From a virus: a DNA stretch of 40,667 nt. Under the pieces are notes generated by a model, which was given only the letters and a program-made list of their open reading frames with translations, searched no databases and had not been told where the DNA came from. The stretch spans positions 1-40,667 of IMG/VR virus record IMGVR_UViG_3300034135_000005; one strand, written 5' to 3'. The translations under genes and the position numbers were made by a program. Within the stretch, counting starts at the first letter, position 1. Each line of letters starts with the position of its first letter. Shown one piece after another: positions 32,254 to 40,518 of the stretch.

Positions 32254-32993
32254 TTGCTCGACGCCTTCTTGTCGAGCAGCCGCATTGCTTCAGTGAAGCG
32301 CGACGCCGGGAGGGCGGCGAGGGCGGTGACCTTCAGCGCTCCGCAGAACCGCGGCACGTTCGCCCCCACCTCGCTCGCGCGACGCTGCAACTCGTCAAGC
32401 TGCTCCATCGAAACGAGGTCAGGCGAGCCGCCGCGAAAACCGTCATCATCCTCGCCCTGCGTGGTGAGGTTGAGCAACGCGAAAGCCGTGTACCGCTTGC
32501 CGTAAGACGTGCTTGACCCGACCGCCTGAACGGCGTTCTTCGATCCACTGGTGTCGCTCGGCAGAGACAGTTCCGTCTCTTCGCTGTGCCCGTCGCGGTG
32601 CGAGAGGATGCCAGTGACAGCGATCTCGTTTTCGGTTCGGCGCGTCTTGAAGGTGAGCGCAAAGCCATGCTCGGCCAGGATCGGCCGGATTGCCTCGTTC
32701 ACGTCCTCCCACAACGCGTAGGTGGACTGCACCTTGCCCGCGCGATCCTTGATGCCCCCGCGCTCCGTGATGACGGGCAGGTTCGGTTGCATTGACGCCA
32801 GAGCCGCGTAGTATGCGCCCTTGGCGTTGCGAGCGTGAACGCGCTCCTGCATCTCGAGAAGCCGCTCCATCTTGTCGATGTCCACGGACGGATCGCGCGC
32901 CGCCCGCTCGATCACAGCGAGCAGTCCGCCTGAGTAGTCGGCGACCTCCGCGGTCTGCATCTCCATCCGCTCGGCTTTGGCAAGTGCGGTCAT
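32250..32993 (-). CDS. erf: ERF-family single-strand annealing protein
   Basis: STYALWEDVNEAIRPILAEHGFALTF..GILSHRDGHSEE..AVGSSTSYGKRYTAFALLNL. Confidence 0.8.
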   Translation of the reverse strand: MTALAKAERMEMQTAEVADYSGGLLAVIERAARDPSVDIDKMERLLEMQERVHARNAKGAYYAALASMQPNLPVITERGGIKDRAGKVQSTYALWEDVNEAIRPILAEHGFALTFKTRRTENEIAVTGILSHRDGHSEETELSLPSDTSGSKNAVQAVGSSTSYGKRYTAFALLNLTTQGEDDDGFRGGSPDLVSMEQLDELQRRASEVGANVPRFCGALKVTALAALPASRFTEAMRLLDKKASSK

Positions 32994-33127
32994 TACTGCG
33001 TCCTCATGTTTGCAAGCAGCCCAGGAAGGCGCTCAATAGCTTCACGAAACCCGTTGAAGATGGTGGGCAACGACACGGCAAAGCCGATCGCGAAGATGGC
33101 GGTGGGAAGGGCTTCATGGACGGTCAT
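32993..33127 (-). CDS. Small membrane protein (44 aa)
   Basis: ATGA-coupled start. TM segment LPTAIFAIGFAVSLPTIF. Confidence 0.45.
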   Translation of the reverse strand: MTVHEALPTAIFAIGFAVSLPTIFNGFREAIERLPGLLANMRTQ

Positions 33128-33477
33128 GCGCCGTCCCCGGTGCGCTCTTCGTCCCACTCGCGGTGCATGGCGATCATGGCCATCAGCAAGGGACGCATCC
33201 GCCAGTTGATGTCGTTCCGGATGGTGTTGACCAACGACAGCTCCCAATTTCGCGAGCGACGCGCGTCCTCGGACAGCTTCTGCGGGTACATCGTCTTGAG
33301 GTGATTGACCGCCTCTCGCCCGATGTTGCGCGCCATCTCGTCAAACAGGCGTCGAGCGCGCTGCTCCTGCGTCTCGCGCGAAGGATCGAAGCCCATCGGG
33401 GCGAGACCCGGAACGGGGCTCGACGGCGAAGCCGCGAGAGCCTGGCCCGTAGGGCGCGCCATATCGTGATCTACCAC
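33124..33477 (-). CDS. Hypothetical protein
   Basis: GTG start with GGGGAGA upstream. Coding-like composition. Confidence 0.55.
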   Translation of the reverse strand: MVDHDMARPTGQALAASPSSPVPGLAPMGFDPSRETQEQRARRLFDEMARNIGREAVNHLKTMYPQKLSEDARRSRNWELSLVNTIRNDINWRMRPLLMAMIAMHREWDEERTGDGA

Positions 33478-33674
33478 GGTGCTTTCTCCCCAAACCGGCG
33501 CTGGTAATCGGCACGATCTCGCTGGCGGGCAGCGGCGGCGAACGCATCACGCTCGGCAGCCGTCGCCGGATCGCGCGCTATGCTCTCCATGCGGTCGATG
33601 ATCTGACCCACCGTGCGGCGGTCGCTGTCCACGTCCGCAATGCAGGATGCGAGCTGGCGGGTGCGGGCGCTCAT
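33471..33674 (-). CDS. Hypothetical protein
   Basis: ATGA-coupled ORF in the early-left operon. Confidence 0.55.
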   Translation of the reverse strand: MSARTRQLASCIADVDSDRRTVGQIIDRMESIARDPATAAERDAFAAAARQRDRADYQRRFGEKAPW

Positions 33675-33934
33675 GCGTCCTGCTCCTCAATGTAGGCGTC
33701 GATCTCCTCAACCAGCGCGGCGCGGGTGGGCGCATTGACGTGACCGCCGCTGGCGACCCATCCGTCTTCCTCGCCTTCCCATGATGCGTCGTAATCGGGC
33801 GAGGTGGCGGACCATGCCGGTTCCGGCCAGCGTCCTTGATTGATGCTCCACCCACGATGGGTGACAGCTTCTGTCGCCCTGATCTGCGATGCTGCATGAT
33901 CGGCGATGACGCCGTTCCAGAAAGCCGCGCTCAC
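33671..33934 (-). CDS. Hypothetical protein
   Basis: GTGA-coupled ORF in the early-left operon. Confidence 0.55.
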   Translation of the reverse strand: MSAAFWNGVIADHAASQIRATEAVTHRGWSINQGRWPEPAWSATSPDYDASWEGEEDGWVASGGHVNAPTRAALVEEIDAYIEEQDA

Positions 33935-34242
33935 GAGTGGAACTCCCGCTCGTCGGCGCGCAGCCCCTCACGCATAGCCTCAAGCTCGCGACGTACGAGG
34001 CGATCCCATGCACACCCGGCAGCATCAGAAGCGAGCGATGCAGAGAAGCGCGCTACAGCGTCCGACGTGGCAGGGGTGCGGTTGTTGCCGTTGCCCGGGA
34101 GCCGCACGGATGCGGGGCGGGGTCCATGCTTCACCGTGACGCGGGCAACGGCCTCGGCGTACACGACAGCACCAGCAGGAGCCGAACGGTAGCGCTGTAC
34201 CTTCGCCAGATCGGCGGGGTCGATGCGGGCGGGGGCGTTCAT
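33931..34242 (-). CDS. Hypothetical protein
   Basis: ATGA-coupled ORF in the early-left operon. Confidence 0.55.
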   Translation of the reverse strand: MNAPARIDPADLAKVQRYRSAPAGAVVYAEAVARVTVKHGPRPASVRLPGNGNNRTPATSDAVARFSASLASDAAGCAWDRLVRRELEAMREGLRADEREFHS

Positions 34243-34421
34243 GCCGACAACCTCCCGATCAGCGCATCAATCATGGCGATCCGCCGCTCGCGGCTGTCGG
34301 GCGCAACCGGATAGGTCAGGTCATCCCTATACTGACGCAGAGCGGTCATCAGCTCGTCGTCGGAGGGCGGGGTCTCCAATGCGGCGGCGGTTGCCATCGT
34401 GGGGGTGAGAGGCGCGTTCAT
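34239..34421 (-). CDS. Small hypothetical protein (60 aa)
   Basis: ATG 34421 overlaps the upstream stop (ATGA). Confidence 0.5.
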   Translation of the reverse strand: MNAPLTPTMATAAALETPPSDDELMTALRQYRDDLTYPVAPDSRERRIAMIDALIGRLSA

Positions 34422-34744
34422 GCGTCCAACCCCATCAGGCGGTCGTCGCGACGCTGCTCGGCGCGGCATTCCTCCGCATCGGCAATGTCGGCGTCCCACT
34501 GCTCCATCAGTTCGGGCTGCAAGCCGTCCTGCAACTCAGCCACGATCAGGTCGTCGAGCGCGATGCGGCGCGTCGGCGTGAAGTCGAGCGTGATGCCCTC
34601 GACCTCGCAATGCGCGTCAGAGCTGGGCTCGTCGCGCCCACCGTTGAAAGCCTTGTGGCGGAAATAGGTGACGGTCGCGGCGTACTCTGCCTCGGCATCG
34701 CCAACGCGCAGCACCAGCGTCGTGGGGAAGGTGTGGCGCCCCAT
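34418..34744 (-). CDS. Hypothetical protein
   Basis: ATG 34744 overlaps the upstream stop (TGATG). Confidence 0.55.
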   Translation of the reverse strand: MGRHTFPTTLVLRVGDAEAEYAATVTYFRHKAFNGGRDEPSSDAHCEVEGITLDFTPTRRIALDDLIVAELQDGLQPELMEQWDADIADAEECRAEQRRDDRLMGLDA

Positions 34745-34986
34745 CAGAAGTTCCACACAATGGCGTTGCGCTGACCGGCGATGCGGCGGGCCTCAGCCTT
34801 GCCAGCAACCGCAATCGTGAGCGCGTAGATGTCGAGCTTCGGGGTCTCGGTGAGCGAGAGCGTGGCCGGACGGCGCTTACCGCCGTTGGTGTAGTGCGCG
34901 TACTGGCGCGGCAGGGGAACGTCGGTGCCGTAATCCTCGGCGACCAGCTCAACCAGTTCGTCGTCGTGTGCGGGGGAACCAACCAT
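34744..34986 (-). CDS. First gene of the early-left operon, hypothetical
   Basis: RBS GGAGATGG. Preceded by the promoter/operator region. Confidence 0.6.
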   Translation of the reverse strand: MVGSPAHDDELVELVAEDYGTDVPLPRQYAHYTNGGKRRPATLSLTETPKLDIYALTIAVAGKAEARRIAGQRNAIVWNF

Positions 34987-35017
34987 CGTCCATCTCCACT
35001 CGGCATCGGTGCCGTCT

Positions 35018-35070
35018 GGAGAGTGGTATAAACGCGCCGTTTATGTTATGTCAACAGCGCCGTTTATGTT
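35018..35070 (-). promoter_or_regulatory. Early-left promoter with operators (PL/OL-like)
   Basis: On the minus strand: TTGACA (35054-35049), 17-18 nt spacer, TTATAC/TATACC. Perfect 7-3-7 palindrome ATAAACG-CGC-CGTTTAT (35028-35044). Exact 14-nt direct repeat GCGCCGTTTATGTT at 35034 and 35057. Confidence 0.55.
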
Positions 35071-35091
35071 TTTTGCGCGCAGCCGGTCCCC

Positions 35092-35119
35092 GTTGGAAAA
35101 GTCCTATCTTTGTTGGAAA
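35092..35119 (+). repeat. Direct repeat GTTGGAAA x2, 20 bp apart, between repressor stop and OL
   Basis: GTTGGAAA at 35092-35099 and 35112-35119, flanked by CCCC and GGGG. Confidence 0.5.
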
Positions 35120-35199
35120 GGGGATGCGAGAACAAGACACGAACGGATTCGGAGTCGCAGCCGTGCATACACCGCCACCCTCGCTACGCACGCCCTCGG

Positions 35200-35679
35200 T
35201 TAGTGGGCGGGAGTCTCTGCTAACTTGTCTGGCGCTGGGCTCTGTTGTTGAAGCCAGGCTGCGCGAGCTGCATACTTCGCCCGCGTCGGCAAAGGCTCGT
35301 CATCGGGAAACGCTCGGAGCAGCCGTTGAGCTGCAAGCGAAGCACTGGCAATCGTGTCGGCTTTGTCGGGCTCAATGCCCTCTAGCGAAAGCAGATGCCG
35401 CAGGATGCCTCGCATCCCCTCATCAGAGGCCGAACTGACCTGATCGAGCCCTAGCAAGCTGCCGACAGTGCTGTTCAGAGCCTCGGCAATTCCCACCAGC
35501 GTTTCTACGTCGGGGATGCGCCCTTTGAGGTAGGCGTTGAGCCGCTGCGGCCCGCCCTCGGTCGGCCAGCCCATCCCGTCGATGGCGAACCGGCGCGGGT
35601 TTTTGAAGCCCGCGAGGGTGATCATCGCCCGTAAGCGCGCACCAAATTCAGGATCGTTCGCCACGCTGAGCTTGTGCAT
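35200..35679 (-). CDS. CI-like repressor (XRE HTH, no S24 peptidase domain)
   Basis: FGARLRAMITLAGFKNPRRFAIDG..LNAYLKGRIPDVETLVGIAEALNSTVGSLLG. GC3 collapses upstream of ATG 35679, so the longer track ORF is rejected. Confidence 0.7.
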   Translation of the reverse strand: MHKLSVANDPEFGARLRAMITLAGFKNPRRFAIDGMGWPTEGGPQRLNAYLKGRIPDVETLVGIAEALNSTVGSLLGLDQVSSASDEGMRGILRHLLSLEGIEPDKADTIASASLAAQRLLRAFPDDEPLPTRAKYAARAAWLQQQSPAPDKLAETPAH

Positions 35680-35748
35680 CAGCGCGGCGGCGACGCCTAT
35701 AAACGTTTGACCGCTTGCAATGTAAACGCTGTGTTGATATTCGGGGCT
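35680..35748. promoter_or_regulatory. Divergent promoter/operator region (OR-like)
   Basis: 69-bp AT-richer gap. Half-sites ATAAACG (35698), GTAAACG-CTG-TGTTGAT (35722-35738). TTGACC/TTGCAA and GATATT on the + strand; TTTACA-17 nt-TTTATA on the - strand. Confidence 0.5.
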
Positions 35749-35964
35749 ATGCCAACCCGACTTCATAGCCACGACGCACTTATCCAGTCCATCGGTCTGG
35801 ACGTGGTGCGGACCCACTTCGGTCATACGCCGCAGGGGCTCTACGCTTGGCGGACGCGGGGCATCCCGTACACGCACCGAGGCGCGTTCGCTCAGCTCGC
35901 AAGCATTCATGGCGTCGCGATCCCGACCGACTTCTTCGCTCCACCAGCGCGGGTGGCGGCATGA
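35749..35964 (+). CDS. Cro-like / YdaS-type HTH protein
   Basis: ALIQSIGLDVVRTHFGHTPQGLYAWRTRGIPYTHRGAFAQLASIHGVAIP. Divergent from the repressor gene. Confidence 0.6.
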   Translation: MPTRLHSHDALIQSIGLDVVRTHFGHTPQGLYAWRTRGIPYTHRGAFAQLASIHGVAIPTDFFAPPARVAA

Positions 35965-36752
35965 GCCTCGTTTATTTCATGCGCCGTGCAGATGGTGTCG
36001 GCCCGATCAAGATCGGCTGCTCCAAGTGGCCGGTAGAACGTATCACCGCCTTCCAGCATTGGTCGCCGGAAATCCTCGGCCTCGCGGCGTCCGCCCCCGG
36101 CGACTTCCGCGACGAGCAGCGCCTTCATCGGCAGTTCGCCAGCACGAGGCTGCACGGCGAGTGGTTCGAGGCTACGCCCGAGTTGCTTTCGGTGGTCGCC
36201 AAGGTGCACGCCAGTGGCAAGCTGCCGCCCGCGCCCGCTGACGACCGTGCCGTGCGCATCATTGCGGCTTATGGCGGTGGTGCGACCCTTCAGCAGATTG
36301 GTGACGACTTCGGCATCACTCGCGAGCGGGTCCGTCAGATCCTGCGTCGCCACGACGTGCCGTCGCTGGGCTGGCGTCCCGACCTTCTGCAGACGAGCGT
36401 CGCGGCCAAGAGCAAGGCGCGCGTGCTCGCGCTGGCCGGGCAGGGCCACACCGTTCCTGCAATCGCGGTTGCGGTAGGCGACAGTCGCCAGAACGTCCTG
36501 AATGTTCTTCGGAGGGAGGGCGTTACCGCCGTCCATGCCAAGAAGGGCAGGGCGCAAAAGACGCTGGCGAAAGCCGACGTTGTTGCTCGCATGTATCGAG
36601 ATGGCGAGCGCATCGGCGACATCGCCAAGACGCTCGGCACCTACGGCCCGAGCATCTATCGCCTGCTTCGGATCGCGGGTTGCGAGCCCGACCGCAAGCC
36701 TAGCTGTGGCAATCGCCGCGGTCATGCGCAGCCCGAAAGCGCAGCCGCATGA
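35961..36752 (+). CDS. T5orf172/GIY-YIG-like N-terminal domain fused to three HTH modules
   Basis: VYFMRRADGVGPIKIGCSKWPVERITAFQ..EQRLHRQFASTRLHGEWFE. HTHs: ATLQQIGDDFGITRERVRQILRR, HTVPAIAVAVGDSRQNVLNVLRR, ERIGDIAKTLGTYGPSIYRLLR. Confidence 0.7.
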   Translation: MSLVYFMRRADGVGPIKIGCSKWPVERITAFQHWSPEILGLAASAPGDFRDEQRLHRQFASTRLHGEWFEATPELLSVVAKVHASGKLPPAPADDRAVRIIAAYGGGATLQQIGDDFGITRERVRQILRRHDVPSLGWRPDLLQTSVAAKSKARVLALAGQGHTVPAIAVAVGDSRQNVLNVLRREGVTAVHAKKGRAQKTLAKADVVARMYRDGERIGDIAKTLGTYGPSIYRLLRIAGCEPDRKPSCGNRRGHAQPESAAA

Positions 36753-37204
36753 CCGCGCCCTACGTCCACACCGGCAAGCAGGTTTTGCGCGCTTCCGAGC
36801 ACGTATGCGACGCCTCTGATCCCGAGACAGCCGCGATGATCGTCGAGGCGCTGAACGGAACCGTCGCGCCGCTCGACGTGGACCCGCTTGAAGCGGTGGT
36901 GCGCCCGATTGTTGAAGGGCAGCTTCTGAGCTTCCTGCACGATCACCCGAGCGTGCTTGATGCTGTTGATTGGTACAAGAAGCGCGACGACCGCGCCCTG
37001 ACCTTCATCAACAGTATCGCCAAGCGAATTGTTGGGGACCTGCTGTGCGCGGAAACCCGCGTGCGGTTGGTATCGGCCTTGGTGGCACGCACCACTGCCG
37101 AGCCGATCGACGGCGAGCGTGGCATTTGCACATGCGCTGCCGCTGGCGGGGGTGGCACTACTACTGCCCCCGCCAGTCACGCCGCTGCCCCGGTGACGGC
37201 ATGA
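36749..37204 (+). CDS. Hypothetical protein
   Basis: ATGA-coupled ORF with coding-like GC3. Confidence 0.6.
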   Translation: MTAPYVHTGKQVLRASEHVCDASDPETAAMIVEALNGTVAPLDVDPLEAVVRPIVEGQLLSFLHDHPSVLDAVDWYKKRDDRALTFINSIAKRIVGDLLCAETRVRLVSALVARTTAEPIDGERGICTCAAAGGGGTTTAPASHAAAPVTA

Positions 37205-37407
37205 ACACGCTCACCATCTTCGCAGAGATCACCGCCCCCTCGCTCGCCCTGCTGCCCGTAGACGGCCTTGGCGCCGGTCAGCACGACCTTTGCCGCGACC
37301 TCGCAGAACGGCCTCACGATCAGGCCGCACTCGTCCTCGGCACGCGCGAGCTGAACGACGGGGTTGAGCGGACTTTCCATGCATTCGGAGATACCCATGC
37401 CTGCTAG
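37201..37407 (+). CDS. Small hypothetical protein (68 aa)
   Basis: ATGA-coupled start. GC3 near 80 percent in this frame, clearly higher than in the antisense ORF 37177-37398. Confidence 0.5.
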   Translation: MNTLTIFAEITAPSLALLPVDGLGAGQHDLCRDLAERPHDQAALVLGTRELNDGVERTFHAFGDTHAC

Positions 37408-37855
37408 TCAAGTCTGTCGGGGCGAGCCGCTGTCGAAGGACAAGTTTCAGCGGCTGCTGGCTTCGGCCTGGGGCCGCGTGTGGCCGAAGATCGGCAAGGG
37501 TCCGATGGCCGACCGCATGGGCCTGAACGACACGAAAACGATCGACCGCGCCGTTACTGGAAGCAATCTGCCCGAAGCGCACACGCTGTTCAACTCGCTT
37601 CTCGCGGACGAAACCGCGCTTGACGAGGTGCTGGCGGAGTACGGTTTCCGGCTCTCTCGCATCCGCGCCGACGCCGCGAACGACATGACAACGCTCTCGG
37701 GGCTTTGCGACGTGGCGGCGACCTACGCCGACGCGCTGCGCGACGGTCGCCGGGTGCATCCCGAGACGCTGCTCATCGCCGACAAGCTCCGCCCGCATAT
37801 GCCGGCGCTGGCGAGCCTGCTGCGCGAAGCTGAAGACCTGCGGAGGATGGCATGA
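37397..37855 (+). CDS. Hypothetical protein with HTH-like segment
   Basis: RBS GGAGA before ATG 37397. MADRMGLNDTKTIDRAVTG segment. Confidence 0.6.
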   Translation: MPASQVCRGEPLSKDKFQRLLASAWGRVWPKIGKGPMADRMGLNDTKTIDRAVTGSNLPEAHTLFNSLLADETALDEVLAEYGFRLSRIRADAANDMTTLSGLCDVAATYADALRDGRRVHPETLLIADKLRPHMPALASLLREAEDLRRMA

Positions 37856-38133
37856 GCGACGACTTTCAGGTGGGCGATGTGGTCGTGTGCGTAGGTCCAT
37901 TGGAGCCGGGCGACGACAGGTTCGGCATACATGAGACGCGCCTCTATCGCATTAGGGCGGTCGGCACCTCCACCGTTGAGCGCATGCCCATTCTCAACTT
38001 CGTTGGCTTGCTGGAGCCTGCGCCGTGGGAGGGGTGGCTATTCCATTGCTTCCGCAAACTGCCCCGCGCCGACGAACAGTTCACCGAGCAGATGCGCGCT
38101 TGCAAGCCGGTTCGCGTGAGTGAGCCCGCATGA
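37852..38133 (+). CDS. Hypothetical protein
   Basis: ATGA-coupled ORF (MSDDFQ). Confidence 0.6.
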   Translation: MSDDFQVGDVVVCVGPLEPGDDRFGIHETRLYRIRAVGTSTVERMPILNFVGLLEPAPWEGWLFHCFRKLPRADEQFTEQMRACKPVRVSEPA

Positions 38134-38254
38134 CCTGCTTTACGTTAGCCACCGCTTTCACAGGCACGCAATCCGACCCCGCGCACTTTCTAGCCGTGGT
38201 GTCCCCCGCCTGCATTCAAGGCGATCAGCAACGCAAATCGAGTGGAGGGGTGGA

Positions 38255-38446
38255 ATGATCCCGCTGCTATCCCGCATCTTGCGTAGGCGCAACGAACAGC
38301 CGGTGGATCCGATCGCAGAGGCATCACGCCGCCTCGACGCACACCGCGCCGCCAACATCGCCAAGCTCGACGAACCCTACCGCAAAGCCGGTCGCAAGGG
38401 CGCTGAAACCCGTCGCCTGCGCTTCATGGGGGAGGGGCGGTCATGA
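38255..38446 (+). CDS. Small basic hypothetical protein (63 aa)
   Basis: RBS GGAGGGG before ATG 38255. The track ORF upstream of it looks non-coding. Confidence 0.5.
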   Translation: MIPLLSRILRRRNEQPVDPIAEASRRLDAHRAANIAKLDEPYRKAGRKGAETRRLRFMGEGRS

Positions 38447-39369
38447 GCGACATGGCGCGTCGGCAAGCCGACCAGGCTCTTGCCCTACGGGCCGAGCCCG
38501 CAAGCGGTCTCGACGCTTCGCGCTTCAATCCTTCGCGCGACGACGACATTCAATTCGAGATGTTCGCCGTCGAGCGTCCGAGCATCGAGCAGATCGTCGC
38601 GGCGGGCCTCGCTCACAACCCGGTCGCTAAGTTCGCCATGTTCTCCAGCGGCGACGGCAGCTTGGCGGCAACTCATTGGGCGATGAACAACGTTCCCGGG
38701 TGCGAGGTGCTGCACATAAACACCGGCATCGGCATTGAGCGCAGCCGCCTGTTCGTGCGTGAGACTTGCGCGCGCGAAGGTTGGAAGCTGACCGAGGTGC
38801 GCGCCAAGGAGGACTGCGGTCAGGATTACGAGGAGATCGTCGCAGAGCACGGCTTCCCCGGCCCCGGCTCCCACGGCCTTATGTATCGCCGCCTGAAGGA
38901 GCGTTGCGTTGAGCTTGTAGTGCGCCAGCGCAAGACGGCCCGATCGGACAAGGTGATGCTGCTAACCGGCATCTGTCACGACGATAGCTATCGGCGCAGC
39001 GGCTACGGCGGGCGCGAGATCACCTTCAAGGGCGCGCAGATGTGGGTGAACCACCTCTATTGGGCGGGCCAGTCGTGGCGCGAACGATACGTCGCGAGCG
39101 TGAGCATCCCGCGCAACCCGGTGGCCGTAGAACTCGGCATGTCGGGTGAGTGCCTGTGCGGGGCGTTCGCCGGCAAGGGCGAGTTGCGCATCGTTCGCCG
39201 CGTCTGCCCCGCCACAGCCGATCGAATCCAGGCTTTGCAGCACCGCATCTCCAACCGGCACCCGTGGGGATGGGAGGACCGCCCGCCGCGCGATCGCGAC
39301 CTCGCCACCCCCGACTTCTTCGCTCCAATGTGCGTGAACTGCTTCAAATCCGAGAGGTTAGCTGCATGA
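38443..39369 (+). CDS. PAPS reductase / DndC-like ATP-pyrophosphatase family protein
   Basis: PP-loop-like FAMFSSGDGSLAATHW (compare SGGKDS). Family-typical length and Cys-rich C-terminus. Confidence 0.7.
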   Translation: MSDMARRQADQALALRAEPASGLDASRFNPSRDDDIQFEMFAVERPSIEQIVAAGLAHNPVAKFAMFSSGDGSLAATHWAMNNVPGCEVLHINTGIGIERSRLFVRETCAREGWKLTEVRAKEDCGQDYEEIVAEHGFPGPGSHGLMYRRLKERCVELVVRQRKTARSDKVMLLTGICHDDSYRRSGYGGREITFKGAQMWVNHLYWAGQSWRERYVASVSIPRNPVAVELGMSGECLCGAFAGKGELRIVRRVCPATADRIQALQHRISNRHPWGWEDRPPRDRDLATPDFFAPMCVNCFKSERLAA

Positions 39370-39599
39370 CCGATATCGAGCGAACGCAACGCATCGTTGC
39401 GCAGTATATCGAGCAGCAGCAAGCCAAACAGTCTGGACGCGGCTCCATCGTGGACGGGTGCGTGCGTCTTCAGATCGAGGCCGCGCAGGAACTCGCTGCA
39501 CGGATTGCCGGAGTCCGGCAGGACGATGAACGGCAGATCACGCTCTATTGGGCGGAAGCGTTGGGCAAGTGGGTGACGTGCCCGGGTGACGCCGCATGA
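39366..39599 (+). CDS. Hypothetical protein (77 aa)
   Basis: ATGA-coupled ORF. Confidence 0.55.
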   Translation: MTDIERTQRIVAQYIEQQQAKQSGRGSIVDGCVRLQIEAAQELAARIAGVRQDDERQITLYWAEALGKWVTCPGDAA

Positions 39600-40162
39600 A
39601 CACCTCAACGGGTCTAAACACCACAGAGTGGACCGCAAGGGACGCGCGCGTGCTCGGCAATGCGCTGCTCGGCGAAACCGTGCTGCGCCAGCGGGCGGCG
39701 GAGGGCTGCCGCAAGCTCCTTCGCGCTCAGCTCTGCACCGGTCAGCACCTGTTAGGAGAGAACCATGACCGCATCCGGGCCGCGTGGGCGCTACTCGGCG
39801 AAGATGCGCGCCCCGAGCCGGCCAAGGCCCGCATCACCGCCGCGCCCCGTCCCGTCGCCAGCGCTGCCCGAGTGGAACTACCGGCTCGCGCTGCTCCTAA
39901 ACCGCGACCGATAGGCTACCACCAGCGCCGCAAGCCGTTGGCGTCCGACACCACCTTGATCGTGTTCGGCCATGTCTGCCGGCGCACAGGGGTAAGCCTG
40001 CGCGACCTGCTGAGCGATGGCCGGACTGACCCGCAAGCCGATGCTCGCCGCCGCGCTGCGCGCATCTTCTACCGCCTCGGCTATGGCGTCCAGCAGATCG
40101 CCTACGCGCTCGGCCGCAACCACTCGACCGTATGCCACATGCTCGGGCGGCTCGCGAAGTGA
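39596..40162 (+). CDS. Protein with C-terminal DnaA domain IV-like HTH
   Basis: IVFGHVCRRTGVSLRDLLSDGRTDPQADARRRAARIFYRLGYGVQQIAYALGRNHSTVCHMLGRL resembles DnaA-C (..R....aR.iamyl.r......IG..fgrdHsTV.h). Confidence 0.7.
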   Translation: MNTSTGLNTTEWTARDARVLGNALLGETVLRQRAAEGCRKLLRAQLCTGQHLLGENHDRIRAAWALLGEDARPEPAKARITAAPRPVASAARVELPARAAPKPRPIGYHQRRKPLASDTTLIVFGHVCRRTGVSLRDLLSDGRTDPQADARRRAARIFYRLGYGVQQIAYALGRNHSTVCHMLGRLAK

Positions 40163-40518
40163 CGTTCGACCTCCCCATGCCCCCCAGCGTGAACGCCATG
40201 TTTGCGACCGACTGGAAGACGAAGCGCCGCTTCAAGACGAAGGCCTATGCCGTGTGGCAGCAGGCCGCTGGCGAGGCCCTGGGCGCTCAATACGCGGCAA
40301 TGGGCGCACCTTCCGTGCATCGCCCCGTCGAGCTGAGCATTCGCCTCGGGCTGAACTACCAGAGCGACATCTCGAACCGCGAGAAGGCGATCACCGACTT
40401 GCTGGTGGCGACCCTCGACATGCCGGACGATCGCTACATCGAGCGCATCGAGATCGCGCGTGATCCGAGCATCACCGGCGCCGTCGTAACTGTCCGCGGA
40501 TCGGCGGTGGCAGCGTGA
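40159..40518 (+). CDS. rusA: RusA-type Holliday junction resolvase
   Basis: GTGA overlap at 40159. FDLPMPPSVNAMF..; DISNREKAITDLL..DDRYI. Confidence 0.75.
   Translation: MTFDLPMPPSVNAMFATDWKTKRRFKTKAYAVWQQAAGEALGAQYAAMGAPSVHRPVELSIRLGLNYQSDISNREKAITDLLVATLDMPDDRYIERIEIARDPSITGAVVTVRGSAVAA

Noticed and set aside
35009-35203. 64-aa plus-strand ORF in the OL region
   Set aside because: It lies in the AT-richer regulatory spacer, has no RBS and has a non-coding-like composition.
35680-35910. N-terminal extension of the repressor ORF (starts at 35910, 35826 or 35766)
   Set aside because: Third-position GC falls to about 57 percent upstream of ATG 35679. The extension would overlap the operator-containing gap and the Cro-like gene.
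37177-37398. 73-aa minus-strand ORF between rightward early genes
   Set aside because: The plus-strand ORF 37201-37407 is ATGA-coupled to its neighbour and has clearly higher third-position GC. The minus ORF's third positions coincide with plus-frame first positions.
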